The translations under genes and the position numbers were made by a program. This document shows positions 47,476 to 57,442 of a stretch of 64,000 nucleotides of DNA, one piece after another. Within the stretch, counting starts at the first letter, position 1. Each line of letters opens with the position of its first letter. Where the stretch lies: positions 105,858 to 169,857 of the forward strand of contig JBMOPW010000001.1 of the NCBI GenBank assembly GCA_049322915.1. Direction: 5' to 3'. This stretch comes from Candidatus Zhuqueibacterota bacterium. Lineage in GTDB: Bacteria; Zhuqueibacterota; Zhuqueibacteria; Thermofontimicrobiales; Thermofontimicrobiaceae. The notes below the pieces were generated by a model. It searched no databases. It was not told the origin of the DNA and saw only the letters and a program-made list of their open reading frames with translations.

Positions 47476-48864
47476 ATGAAGAAAATTAGGTTGTTTTCAG
47501 TAGTGGCAGGCTTTGCATTTGGCGCATGGTTGAGCTGCGATTCTCCGACAAGTTCGGACGATGAAATCACTGCCCAGTTGGTGAAAATCAACGGGCTGGT
47601 ATTGAACAGCGCCACGGATTATCCCGTCGAAAATGCCATCATCAAAATCGCTGGCGTCTCCCCTGAGATTGTGGAGATGACGGACTCGCTGGGACAGTAT
47701 TCCATCGAACTCACGGTGACGGCCAGTATGGATTTAAACGTGATTGCGTTCAAAGAAAGTTATGTGCCCGATACCACGCTGGTGCTGGCTGTGCCAGGCA
47801 GAACCATTGAGGTGCCGGCGTTCCGATTGAGTCCCACGGAAGAAACGCCGAATACCTCATCGGAAGCGGCCAGCATTATGCTGCTGTCGCAATCGGCGCA
47901 GAGCATTGGCGTCCATGAAAGCGGGGCAGCGGAGACGGCAAAGCTCATTTTTGAGGTGCAGGATTCCAGCGGCTCCCCGGTCGACCTGAATCATGGGGTC
48001 GAATTGACATTGTCCATTGGTTCCGGACCGGGCGGGGGCGAGTTCATTTTCCCGACGGCGGTGCGCACATCGGACCAGGGGTTAGCCTCGGTGTATGTGA
48101 CAAGCGGGACCAAAGCGGGCGTGGTTCAAATCATCGCTGAAGCCCGGGTGGCCGAAAAAGTGATCCGCTCCAAACCGGTCGCCATGGCCATTCACGGCGG
48201 CCTGCCGGACCAGAACCACTTCAGCTTGGCCGCGGATGTGATCAATATTCCCGGCTATAACATTTTCGGCGTGACAGATTTGATCACCGCGTTCGTTGGC
48301 GATCGTTACGGGAATCCGGTCAAAGAAGGCACGGCAGTGTATTTCACCACGACAGGTGGGATTATTCAGGGCTCTGCGGCGACCAATGAACTGGGCCAGG
48401 CCCATGTGAATTTGGTTACAGCCGAGCCGAAACCGCAGCACCCTGTGTTGGGCGCCGGTTTTGCCACGGTCACTGCAAGCACGGTGGATGACGCGCAGCA
48501 GGCCATTCTCTCCGAGGCAATTGTGCTATTTTCGGGGCTGCCAATGATTTCCATCGAGCCGATGGCGTTCAATATTCCCAATGGCGGCAGCCAGCAATTC
48601 TCGTACACGGTCTGCGATCAAAATTTCAATCCATTGGCTGCGGGCACGCATATCAGCGTGACAGTCGAAGGCGAATTCGTGGAAGCGCGCGGGTCCATTG
48701 ATAAAACGCTGCAAGATACTCAGGACAGATTTTGGACGCATTTTTCCTTCAGTCTCGCCGATGCTAATGCAGACACAGTGGTGGCCAAGACGATTTACAT
48801 TAAGGTGAATGCGAGCGGCCCCAATGGATCGGCGGCTCTGGAAATTTCCGGAATATCATATTGA
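47476..48864 (+). CDS. Lipoprotein with carboxypeptidase-regulatory-like and Ig-like (invasin/Big_1-like) domains
   Basis: Lipobox WLSC, TDSLGQY, DRYGNPV.EGT.V.F.T.GG; GGAG RBS. Confidence 0.75.
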   Translation: MKKIRLFSVVAGFAFGAWLSCDSPTSSDDEITAQLVKINGLVLNSATDYPVENAIIKIAGVSPEIVEMTDSLGQYSIELTVTASMDLNVIAFKESYVPDTTLVLAVPGRTIEVPAFRLSPTEETPNTSSEAASIMLLSQSAQSIGVHESGAAETAKLIFEVQDSSGSPVDLNHGVELTLSIGSGPGGGEFIFPTAVRTSDQGLASVYVTSGTKAGVVQIIAEARVAEKVIRSKPVAMAIHGGLPDQNHFSLAADVINIPGYNIFGVTDLITAFVGDRYGNPVKEGTAVYFTTTGGIIQGSAATNELGQAHVNLVTAEPKPQHPVLGAGFATVTASTVDDAQQAILSEAIVLFSGLPMISIEPMAFNIPNGGSQQFSYTVCDQNFNPLAAGTHISVTVEGEFVEARGSIDKTLQDTQDRFWTHFSFSLADANADTVVAKTIYIKVNASGPNGSAALEISGISY

Positions 48865-48892
48865 ACCTTCAATAACGTCCGTGAAAGCATGG

Positions 48893-49381
48893 TCAGGTGT
48901 CCTGGCAGCACGTGTCCGCCGACGTCATTGTATCAGCACGAGAAGTGCCGAAGCTGGCGTCACTGGCAGAATTGGGGAATTGGCTCTTTGACCAATAGTC
49001 GAAGACAGTTTGTAGAAGCGTGACGAAATCGGAATACTTGACTGGCTTGATGAAATACCCAGCTACGCTGAGACGAAAGCAATCCTGTTTGTCCTGCTCG
49101 CTACTCGATGAGGTGAGGACAATCACCGGCACGTTCTGATGGGTCTGGTCTGCTTTGATGGCTTGTAAGAATTCCAGGCCAGTCATTTTTGGCATATCCA
49201 GATCTAACAGCACCAGACAGTACCTGGAAATCTTTGTTCCTCTGAGATAATTCAACGCTTCTACACCGTTCTGAACCGTGACCAGGTCGTTCGGAATGTT
49301 CAGTTCTTTAATCGCCCTTTTAACTGTCAGAACATCGACCTGGTCATCTTCAACTAATAAAATTGGATTTGCATTCAGCAT
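48893..49381 (-). CDS. Single-domain response regulator (Rcp1-like)
   Basis: ILLVEDD, LLDLDMPK, VLTSS...QD, YFIKP, DYW. Confidence 0.92.
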   Translation of the reverse strand: MLNANPILLVEDDQVDVLTVKRAIKELNIPNDLVTVQNGVEALNYLRGTKISRYCLVLLDLDMPKMTGLEFLQAIKADQTHQNVPVIVLTSSSSEQDKQDCFRLSVAGYFIKPVKYSDFVTLLQTVFDYWSKSQFPNSASDASFGTSRADTMTSADTCCQDT

Positions 49382-49429
49382 TCGACCCTCATCGATCGAT
49401 GATAATACTTCAAATTAACATCAGCGGAA

Positions 49430-50134
49430 TTAAATATCGCGCAGGGAAACAAGATAGGCTTTTTCGCCATCCCATTCAGTTTCGAAAACATGCATTGCCT
49501 CTGTCCGTAATTGTCCATGGCTATTGATTTGAATTTCCGACATTTCACCTTTTTGAACGGGATACTCAAATACCTTTCCGACAAAATTCTCCTGCCTCCG
49601 GCCAAACAGATCTTCAGCAGATTTATTCGCAAATTTCACGACACCATTTATATTGATGATCAGGGCGCTGTCCGAATTGTTTTCAATTAAATGACGAAAT
49701 CGCTGTTCGCTTAATTCGAGTAGTCGTGATTTATCTCTTAGGTCAGACAGAATCATATTCTTTTCCAGTGCGTACCTGATGGAACGTTTGAGCGATTGAT
49801 TGTCGATTGTATCTTTGATGAGATAATCATGCGCGCCCAATTCAATCGCTTGAATCGGGAGGTCTTCGTCATCACTTCCGGTGAGAACAATGACCGGTTT
49901 TCCCTGCCCACAATCAAGAACCTGCCTGATGCTTTTTAGGCCGCTGCTATCCGGGAGGCCGGGATCCACGAAAATCAGGTCAATGGTCTGTTCCTGTAAA
50001 ATTTTCACGCCGTTCGCAAGTGTGTTTACAACCAGAAGATGAAATGAATTGCTACCGTCCCGTAGTGTCCGCTGAAAAATTTTAACATCAACCAGATCAT
50101 CTTCAATCAACAACAGTTTTAATGTAGTTTCCAT
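49430..50134 (-). CDS. REC-PAS protein with no output domain
   Basis: LLIEDD, DPGLPDS.G, LTG, DYLIK, SIRYA; PAS ends SLRDI-stop; GGAGG RBS. Confidence 0.85.
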   Translation of the reverse strand: METTLKLLLIEDDLVDVKIFQRTLRDGSNSFHLLVVNTLANGVKILQEQTIDLIFVDPGLPDSSGLKSIRQVLDCGQGKPVIVLTGSDDEDLPIQAIELGAHDYLIKDTIDNQSLKRSIRYALEKNMILSDLRDKSRLLELSEQRFRHLIENNSDSALIININGVVKFANKSAEDLFGRRQENFVGKVFEYPVQKGEMSEIQINSHGQLRTEAMHVFETEWDGEKAYLVSLRDI

Positions 50135-50194
50135 GGTAGCCTCCACTAATCCGTTTTTATGTAGTCAGTTTTTTCCCCGAACATCCTGTCAATT

Positions 50195-52186
50195 TTAATT
50201 TTTCCCATGTATAGGCAATGTAAAATAAAATGTACTTCCCGTTCCGACAATCGATTCGACCCAGACTTCTCCTCCGTACATTTCCACAATTTTTTTGACA
50301 AGAGTGAGCCCGACGCCAGTGCTTTCGATTTCATCTCTCGAATGAAGTGTCTGGAAAATCTGGAATATTTTTGTAAAATATTTTTCCTCAATGCCTGGCC
50401 CATTATCAGCAACGTAAAATTTAACAAAACCATCGTGGTCTGCGCTTCCGATTTTTATTGCGCCAGCCGGTTTGTCCATAAATTTAATGGCATTACTCAC
50501 CAGGTTCTGAAAAACCTGAGCAATTCTTGTCCGCTCGATTGAGATTGTCGGAAGTGTATTTTCAATTTCAATCGTGATATACGGGGGAGGACCGATCAAA
50601 TCGATCACCTCATGGGTGACAGCGTTTAAATCGACGGATTCTACATGTTCGCTGATCCGTCCCACTCGAGAATATTGCAGCACCCCGTTAATCAATTCAT
50701 GCATGCGCTCCACTCTGTTCATAAGGAGTTGAATCTGATCTTTGCCCTCGCAATCGAATGTGTCGGCGTAGTCAGTGGCAAGCCAGTTGGCCAGTGAACG
50801 AATCGCGCGCAGCGGCGCTTTAAGGTCGTGCGATACAATGAACGCAAAGTCGTTCAGTTCCTTATTCACTTGATTTAATTCAGTGGCCTGGGATTGTGTT
50901 TTTTTCAATAATTCTGTTATTTGAATCCGAGATCGGGTGGAGTGATAGCTGACGGCGATCTTCTCCGCCACGTGGTTCAGAAAGGCGCGCTGCAATTCCG
51001 TCAATTCTGAGAATGACGCCAGCTCAATGACGCCGCTGATTTTTTTTTCATACATGAATGGAACAACGAGCAGAAAGGCCGGCGCGGACTGGCCCAGCCC
51101 GGATTGGACAGCGACATAATCTCTGGGTAGCCGGGTGACGATGATGCTCTTTTTTTCCAGCGCGCACTGGCCAACGATTCCCTGGCCTAACTTGAATTCA
51201 CGATTTGGAAAGTTGTCGTCCGAATAGGCATAGCTGCCAACCATTGTGAGCGTGTTGGATTCATTAATCAGAAAAATTGCGCCCAACTGAGCGCTTGCAT
51301 AGGGCGTGATAAATTGGATGATATTCTGTGAAAGCGAATGGATATCCAGGTCGCCGCTCAGCCGGTCGTTCAATTCGCTGATGCCGGTTTTCAACCAGTT
51401 TTCATTTTCAATTTTCAATTTTGATTTCTTGATCTTCTCAATCATCGAATTGAACGCATTGCCGAGAATGCCAATTTCATCACGGCTGTCAATAGCCACA
51501 GCCACATCGTCATTGCCGCTGGCGAATTTTCGGGAGACGACGACAATCTCTTTCAACGGTCGGGTAATGGACCGGGCGACGATGAGAGAAAATCCGCCCA
51601 AAAAAATGCTGCAGAACAGGATAATCGATTTGATCATACGCTGGGATTTGAAATAATTGATACGGGCGGAAGCCAGCGCAGCGGTGATTTCTTCCCGGCC
51701 GTTCTGTTTCGCTTTTTGCAGCAGGACTTTGATTTCGGTGTATTGCGACTCCAGCGACTGTTTCTGTCCGGTCAGCCCGGCGGAGTTCCTGCTGTTAATC
51801 ACATTGCGGGCCGTCAGGTGCGCCAGCGAGATGTAGTTGTCGAATTTGGCAGAGAGCTGCTGCGCAGCAATTTCCGGGATGATGGAGTTCTTCCTGGCGT
51901 CAGCCAATTGCTCGACAAAATAGACGCTCAGCGGTTCGGTATCGGCCAATTTTTGAGGATCGGCCTGGGCCATGGCGTCCTGAAAATACCGATGGATCGT
52001 GTTCAGCGCTAATTCCAGATTCCAGGTCAATTCCATCGACGGGTAATAACCTGATTCTATTTGAGTGAGCAGTTGCTCGTTCCGCTCGTTCAGCATTTGA
52101 TTTGCAAATAGCAATGCCATAAACGCGGTCACGACCAGGGAAGGAAGCAGCAGGATTTTATATTTTATCTTCAGGTTTTTCAACAT
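50195..52186 (-). CDS. Membrane histidine kinase: 4-helix sensor-HAMP-GAF-HisKA-HATPase
   Basis: 2 TM, DEIG.L..AFN, GQGIVGQCALE (GAF), SHDLKAPL, NAIKF, DNGPGI, GVGL. Confidence 0.93.
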   Translation of the reverse strand: MLKNLKIKYKILLLPSLVVTAFMALLFANQMLNERNEQLLTQIESGYYPSMELTWNLELALNTIHRYFQDAMAQADPQKLADTEPLSVYFVEQLADARKNSIIPEIAAQQLSAKFDNYISLAHLTARNVINSRNSAGLTGQKQSLESQYTEIKVLLQKAKQNGREEITAALASARINYFKSQRMIKSIILFCSIFLGGFSLIVARSITRPLKEIVVVSRKFASGNDDVAVAIDSRDEIGILGNAFNSMIEKIKKSKLKIENENWLKTGISELNDRLSGDLDIHSLSQNIIQFITPYASAQLGAIFLINESNTLTMVGSYAYSDDNFPNREFKLGQGIVGQCALEKKSIIVTRLPRDYVAVQSGLGQSAPAFLLVVPFMYEKKISGVIELASFSELTELQRAFLNHVAEKIAVSYHSTRSRIQITELLKKTQSQATELNQVNKELNDFAFIVSHDLKAPLRAIRSLANWLATDYADTFDCEGKDQIQLLMNRVERMHELINGVLQYSRVGRISEHVESVDLNAVTHEVIDLIGPPPYITIEIENTLPTISIERTRIAQVFQNLVSNAIKFMDKPAGAIKIGSADHDGFVKFYVADNGPGIEEKYFTKIFQIFQTLHSRDEIESTGVGLTLVKKIVEMYGGEVWVESIVGTGSTFYFTLPIHGKN

Positions 52187-52375
52187 GGCCGGAATCTACA
52201 TACGACAGAAAAATGATTTTGCCAATGGTGTAATTAATTAAAATCGAATTGGTTATCCAAGAGATATTATCGTATGTTTTTTGAAAATACTTTATGGCAA
52301 ATTTATCCGGCAGCAGCATTGGAGCGATTGCATCAGAATCCATGTGAGGCGGCGCTTCGAGTTTGGCGGGGACAT

Positions 52376-52415
52376 AAAAAAAGTGTACAGCCCAAGGGAT
52401 GAGGACTGTACACTT
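52376..52415 (-). terminator. Rho-independent terminator
   Basis: AAGTGTACAG...CTGTACACTT with T run on the minus strand. Confidence 0.75.
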
Positions 52416-52441
52416 ATGTAACGAGACGAAGAGTGGGCTAC

Positions 52442-54817
52442 TTATTTTAACAGCAGCAATCGCATGGATTGCGTGAAGTTCTCAGCTTTGATCTGGTAGA
52501 TGTAAAATCCAGCCGCTACTTTTTGACCTTTGTTGTCGGTTCCCTGCCAATTCACATTGTGCAGACTGGCCGATTGAAATTCATTGACCAGAGTGCTGAC
52601 CAGTTCGCCGCGCAGGTTGAATATCTGCAGGGTGACATGGCATGCTTTGGGCAATGAATACTGAATCGTAGTCGTTGGATTGAATGGATTGGGGTAGTTC
52701 TGCGACAGCGAGAATTCGGTCGGAATCTCGGTGCTGCCATTGTTCGTTTCGACATCGGACGACGACTGTGCGGTGGTCAATTGAAAATCGACCTGGTCAA
52801 TGACCCATTCATTCGATTCGCCGACAGTCACTTTGCTGGCATTGTTGATCTGGGTTGCGTCGCCGTAATACTCGGTCTGATACGGCATCCGATTGGCGAC
52901 CAGATAATATTCGCCGGCCGGCAGACCGCCCAGAGAATATCGACCATCCGGGCCTGTGATTTCTGAGGCGCGAACTTGCATATTTTCATCGATGACAGAC
53001 ACGAAGGCATTATTGATTTGTTCTCCATTTTCACCAGAGACCTGTCCGGCGATGGTGCCCAGGGTCGAGCCATTTTCGGGCAGCAGATATTCGAAACCCC
53101 AACCGGATTGCAGCACGAAGTCAATGCCGGATCGTTCTTCGGCGCCATCGAGCGAAACGTGATCCGCTTCCCACGGGTCTAACTTGTTGTCGTAAAATTC
53201 AACCACATGTTTGGGAGCCCAGCAAGAGACGATGTAATCTCCCTGAGGCAGGCCGCCCAACAGATACTGACCCTGCGAGTCTGCAATGGTGGCGTAGAAG
53301 TCGAACAGGGTGAAGTCACCGTGGAAATAACCGACCTGTGTTGAATCGAATACCGGGAATGCGGCAATCAGCGCATTGGGAATCGGCGCGCCGGTGGAAT
53401 CATCGGTGACAGAACCGGTCAGGACGCTGCCAGTCGTCGGAACAGCCGGAATCGAGAAGTCGATATTTTCAACGTCGCCGCCATCGACCACTTCGACGTA
53501 GGTCGCGCTGTCAATGTCCTGAACGTTATCGTAGAATTCGGTGTAGCCATTTTTATGAACCATGATCACGTAATTGCCATTCAGGACCATGTCCAATTTA
53601 TAATATCCATCGGCGTTGGTGTAGCCAACCATTGCCGGACGCGGGCGAACCGTCGGCCCGAAGTAGCAAGTATCGACGCGCATGGCTTCCACATAGGCGT
53701 TGGCGATTGGTGAACCACCTTCATCCGAAACGACTTTGCCGGAAATTGAACCGACCTCATTAATTTCGTTGAAAACAAAATCAATCCCGGTCGTCACTTC
53801 ATCATTGGCAACAGCCACTGATACTGCATCGTCGTACACGGTTGTGCCGCCCTGGCCGTCATACCACAGGGTCTGGAAATTCCACCACGCGGCATTGGTC
53901 GCTGAAACCAGATATTCGCCTGGTTTCAATCCACTGATCTGGTAGACGCCGTCCTCATCGGATTTTGAAAGATGGGGGAATCCCGGGAAATTGTGATAAT
54001 TCGAGTCGATTGACATGGGCTCGTAGGTCATCACCCACACATTTGCAAGCGGATTGCCGTCGCTGTCGGTAATTTTCCCTGTAATGGCGCCATTGGGAAC
54101 TGTGTATTCGAAGCAGAAATCCACACTGAAACCAACTGTCTGGCCGGCAGTGACTTCCACTGGGGTGGCGTCTTCGAAGTCATCGGTCTTTTCCCAGTAC
54201 TGCATCACCGGAGGGAATGCGCCATCCAGTTTGGCGGTGACGCGATACTGGCCGGTCGGCAGCGTGTTAATTTTGTAGTCGCCATTCTCATCGCTGAACG
54301 TGTAGTTGTAGGTCGAGCTCAGCAAGGAGTCAATCCAGCCGCCGTGAGGGAATTGATCGAATGGTGTGGCGGTCACCAGCACATGGTTCAGGCCGGCGCC
54401 GGACGAATCCGTGACAGTGCCGTAAATCGTGCCGCCCAGAGCGAGATAAAAATTAATTTCGCTTGTGGAAGCGCCAGGCATCACCACGATTGGACTGGCG
54501 GACAGCGGATTCTGCGCGTTGTCATATATCTCAGCGATGAAACTGTCGGCGCTGACGTAAATGTAGTATTGACCTGTGCTCAGGCTATCGAATTGATAGA
54601 AACCATTGGAATCTGTTTGAGCAGGTGTATGTTTTAACGCCATGAAATTCATGGGATTCACAGCCAGTACCCATGCATCCGCAATGGGAAGACTGTCCAC
54701 TTCGCTGCTCACGGTGCCGGAGATACTTCCAATGCCGAAGTTCTGGGCAAAGGATGATGCAACACCGATAAGCAAAATTAACATCATGCTCATCATTGTA
54801 ACGCGTGAAAATCTCAT
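52442..54817 (-). CDS. Secreted protein with tandem carboxypeptidase-regulatory-like repeats and a C-terminal T9SS/FlgD-Ig-type sorting domain
   Basis: Signal peptide; ~6 repeats G.I.G.V...D..G.Y....L..G.Y...YD...A..V...IDF; tail LSQNYPNPFNP...LLLK. Confidence 0.88.
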   Translation of the reverse strand: MRFSRVTMMSMMLILLIGVASSFAQNFGIGSISGTVSSEVDSLPIADAWVLAVNPMNFMALKHTPAQTDSNGFYQFDSLSTGQYYIYVSADSFIAEIYDNAQNPLSASPIVVMPGASTSEINFYLALGGTIYGTVTDSSGAGLNHVLVTATPFDQFPHGGWIDSLLSSTYNYTFSDENGDYKINTLPTGQYRVTAKLDGAFPPVMQYWEKTDDFEDATPVEVTAGQTVGFSVDFCFEYTVPNGAITGKITDSDGNPLANVWVMTYEPMSIDSNYHNFPGFPHLSKSDEDGVYQISGLKPGEYLVSATNAAWWNFQTLWYDGQGGTTVYDDAVSVAVANDEVTTGIDFVFNEINEVGSISGKVVSDEGGSPIANAYVEAMRVDTCYFGPTVRPRPAMVGYTNADGYYKLDMVLNGNYVIMVHKNGYTEFYDNVQDIDSATYVEVVDGGDVENIDFSIPAVPTTGSVLTGSVTDDSTGAPIPNALIAAFPVFDSTQVGYFHGDFTLFDFYATIADSQGQYLLGGLPQGDYIVSCWAPKHVVEFYDNKLDPWEADHVSLDGAEERSGIDFVLQSGWGFEYLLPENGSTLGTIAGQVSGENGEQINNAFVSVIDENMQVRASEITGPDGRYSLGGLPAGEYYLVANRMPYQTEYYGDATQINNASKVTVGESNEWVIDQVDFQLTTAQSSSDVETNNGSTEIPTEFSLSQNYPNPFNPTTTIQYSLPKACHVTLQIFNLRGELVSTLVNEFQSASLHNVNWQGTDNKGQKVAAGFYIYQIKAENFTQSMRLLLLK

Positions 54818-54943
54818 GTTAGCCTCCATGTTGAAAGTTGAGTAATTGATGATGCGATCGGTTTTTATTTATGTTTGATCTTTTCTTTAGTGATGGATAA
54901 CGGGTTTCATTTTTAAATTATCATTCGCAACGCCCCTGAATTT

Positions 54944-54960
54944 TGCAAGTATTGTGCCAG
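54944..54960 (-). promoter_or_regulatory. Sigma54 promoter
   Basis: Minus strand CTGGCACAATACTTGCA, consensus -24/-12. Confidence 0.8.
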
Positions 54961-55495
54961 CATCCGGATGAGTGGGACGGGGGTGCATTTGGGCCAGGCT
55001 ATTCTCCGGACAGGCGGTCTTTCCTCGGCTGGTTGGGTCAGAGTTTGTGCAGTATTCACAGCGAAGACGCTCGCTCCGATGAAACGCGCACTTTCCGCAT
55101 GCAGTGCCCGTGGCGATGCAGAGTTTAGGTTCATTATTTCAGCAATACGAGAAGTCTGCGAGTATATAACCCATAAAATTTCAAATATAAAAGCTGAATC
55201 GATCCGATACCTGCCAGCGCCTTTTTTGCAGGGTGAAAGACTTCCTGCGAACCGAGCGCATCAACAATCAGTGCGCAAAATAGTGCAAACGCATCCTGTG
55301 GCTGTGCAAATTTTGCAGTCCTGCTGAAGCATCCAGTTGGATATTGAGCCGAAGACCGCGCCCGTTTGTATTTGAAATATTACATTCCGGACGTAACTTC
55401 AAATGAAGTTGCATTCCATTTTTTTTTATGCTAAATTGATGCGACAATTTTAAATTAACCGACCCTTTCATTTAATGAGAAACTGAACGCAGTCT

Positions 55496-57277
55496 ATGGA
55501 TTTCGCTTTCTGGTACACGAGTTCCATTCTTGTAGTGATGACGTTGGTACTGATCAAAGAGGTGATTGAACCGGACATTGTTGTCTTTTCTGCCCTGCTG
55601 CTGTTGGTCGTTGGCGGGATTCTCGAGATTGACGAGGCGCTGGCTGGATTTGCCAATGGCGGAATGCTCACAGTCGGCTTCATGTTCATCGTGGCGGAAT
55701 CGATGCGGCAGACGGGCGTTTTGCACGAAGTCGGATCACGGATTTTGGGAAAGAAGGAGCAGAGTATCACCCGAAAGTTAGTCCGCTTCCTATTTCCTGT
55801 CTCTGCCATCTCTGCATTTTTCAATAACACTCCCGTCGTGGCGATGATGATTCCCACCGTTCATTCCTGGGCAAAGAAACATGACTATCCTGTCTCCAAG
55901 TTTTTGATTCCACTTTCTTACGCGACAATTCTTGGAGGCACCTGCACATTGATTGGAACCAGCACGACTCTTGTGGTGCATGGGCTCATGCTGCAAAATG
56001 GCATGCCCGGGCTGGGTTTTTTTGAGATAACGAAATTCGGGGTTCCAATCACCCTCTTCGGCCTTCAGTACATCACGTTGATTGGCCACAAACTATTGCC
56101 GGATAGAAAAGAGCCCATGACGGAATTGGGAGAAAATACCCGCGAATTTGTCATTGAACTGAAGGTGGAAGCAAATTACCAGCACATCGGCCGGACAATC
56201 GAAGCAGCCGGGCTGCGCCATTTGAAGGGACTATTCCTGTTTCAAATCGAGCGGAAGAAGACCTTCCTCGCTCCGGTTGGGCCGGATGAAAAAATCCACC
56301 TGGATGACCGGCTGTTTTTCACAGGCCTGCCCGCCACCATCATCGAATTGCAAAAAACCCAGGGGCTGTCCATTATTAAAGATTCCAAATTCGATTTGAA
56401 GAATTATGATTCGGATCTGCTGCGAACCTACGAGGCTGTTATTTCGTCCAGTTCGCCTCTCATCGGGGAGAACGTACGGGAGAGCAATTTCCGCAGTCGC
56501 TACAATGCAGTGATCATCGCTATTCACCGAAACGGGGAAAGGATTCGGCAGAAAATCGGCGACATCATCTTGCGCGAGGGCGATACCCTGCTGCTGTTGG
56601 CGAGAAATGACTTTTTGAAACAATGGTACAATTCGAAAGATTTTCACCTGATTTCGGAATCCGAGAAGGTGCCTTCGAAGCCAAAGTGGTATTCTTATTT
56701 TTCGATATTTGTTTTCATTTCCATGGTCATCGTCATGGGACTGAACGTGTTGCCCATCGTCGTTGTTGCAGCGATTGCGGCCATGCTGCTTGTCTATTCG
56801 CGATGCATCACGCCGAAGGACGCACACAAGAGCGTGGGTTGGGACGTGCTCCTGGTGATTGCATCCTCGTTCGGAATTGCCCGCGCCCTGGAAAACTCCG
56901 GTGTGGCGCAGTTTCTCGCAAACAACGTGGTCTCGGTGATGGGAGGCCTGGGGAGCATCGCGCTCCTGGCGACGATTTACTATATGACCAACTTTTATAC
57001 TGAGATTATCACCAACAATGCCGCTGCCGCATTCATTTTTCCTATCGGATTGGCGACGGCTCACCAGGCCGGACTGGACCCCCGACCCTTTGTGCTGGCC
57101 ATTGCTATTGGCGCTTCGTCGAGTTTTGCCACGCCCATTGGCTATCAGACCAATATGATGGTCTACGGCCCGGGCGGATATAAATTCAAAGACTTTTTGA
57201 AGATTGGCGTCCCCATGAATATCATGGTCGGATTGATAGCCATCGCTCTGATTTATCTGTATTATTTCGTCCGGTGA
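55496..57277 (+). CDS. SLC13/DASS permease with two TrkA-C domains (probable sulfate transporter)
   Basis: SAFFNNTPVVA, GGTCTLIGTST, ITNNAAA, TPIGYQTN.MVYGPGGY; adjacent to sat-cysC. Confidence 0.9.
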   Translation: MDFAFWYTSSILVVMTLVLIKEVIEPDIVVFSALLLLVVGGILEIDEALAGFANGGMLTVGFMFIVAESMRQTGVLHEVGSRILGKKEQSITRKLVRFLFPVSAISAFFNNTPVVAMMIPTVHSWAKKHDYPVSKFLIPLSYATILGGTCTLIGTSTTLVVHGLMLQNGMPGLGFFEITKFGVPITLFGLQYITLIGHKLLPDRKEPMTELGENTREFVIELKVEANYQHIGRTIEAAGLRHLKGLFLFQIERKKTFLAPVGPDEKIHLDDRLFFTGLPATIIELQKTQGLSIIKDSKFDLKNYDSDLLRTYEAVISSSSPLIGENVRESNFRSRYNAVIIAIHRNGERIRQKIGDIILREGDTLLLLARNDFLKQWYNSKDFHLISESEKVPSKPKWYSYFSIFVFISMVIVMGLNVLPIVVVAAIAAMLLVYSRCITPKDAHKSVGWDVLLVIASSFGIARALENSGVAQFLANNVVSVMGGLGSIALLATIYYMTNFYTEIITNNAAAAFIFPIGLATAHQAGLDPRPFVLAIAIGASSSFATPIGYQTNMMVYGPGGYKFKDFLKIGVPMNIMVGLIAIALIYLYYFVR

Positions 57278-57442
57278 AAATTCGCTCTGGCGTTGCTGCT
57301 GATGGAAATCCGGAGTGGTAGTGAAAATGCCGGATGGATGGAATGCACACTCAAAATATTTATTGAAAAGATGAAGAAATAAATTGATGATATCATTTAG
57401 TGAAATCGATTCGATTAAAATCACAATGTAAAGGAGTCAACT

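Noticed and set aside
52750..54730. Possible DNA tandem repeat or CRISPR-like array
   Set aside because: The periodicity is at protein level only and diverged in DNA; I saw no identical direct repeats with spacers anywhere in the window
54968..55471. Short ORFs in the gap between the surface-protein gene and the SLC13 permease
   Set aside because: No RBS or motifs; the region is better explained as divergent promoter and enhancer DNA
56231..57424. 397-aa minus-strand ORF
   Set aside because: Antisense shadow of the well-supported SLC13 permease; no motifs
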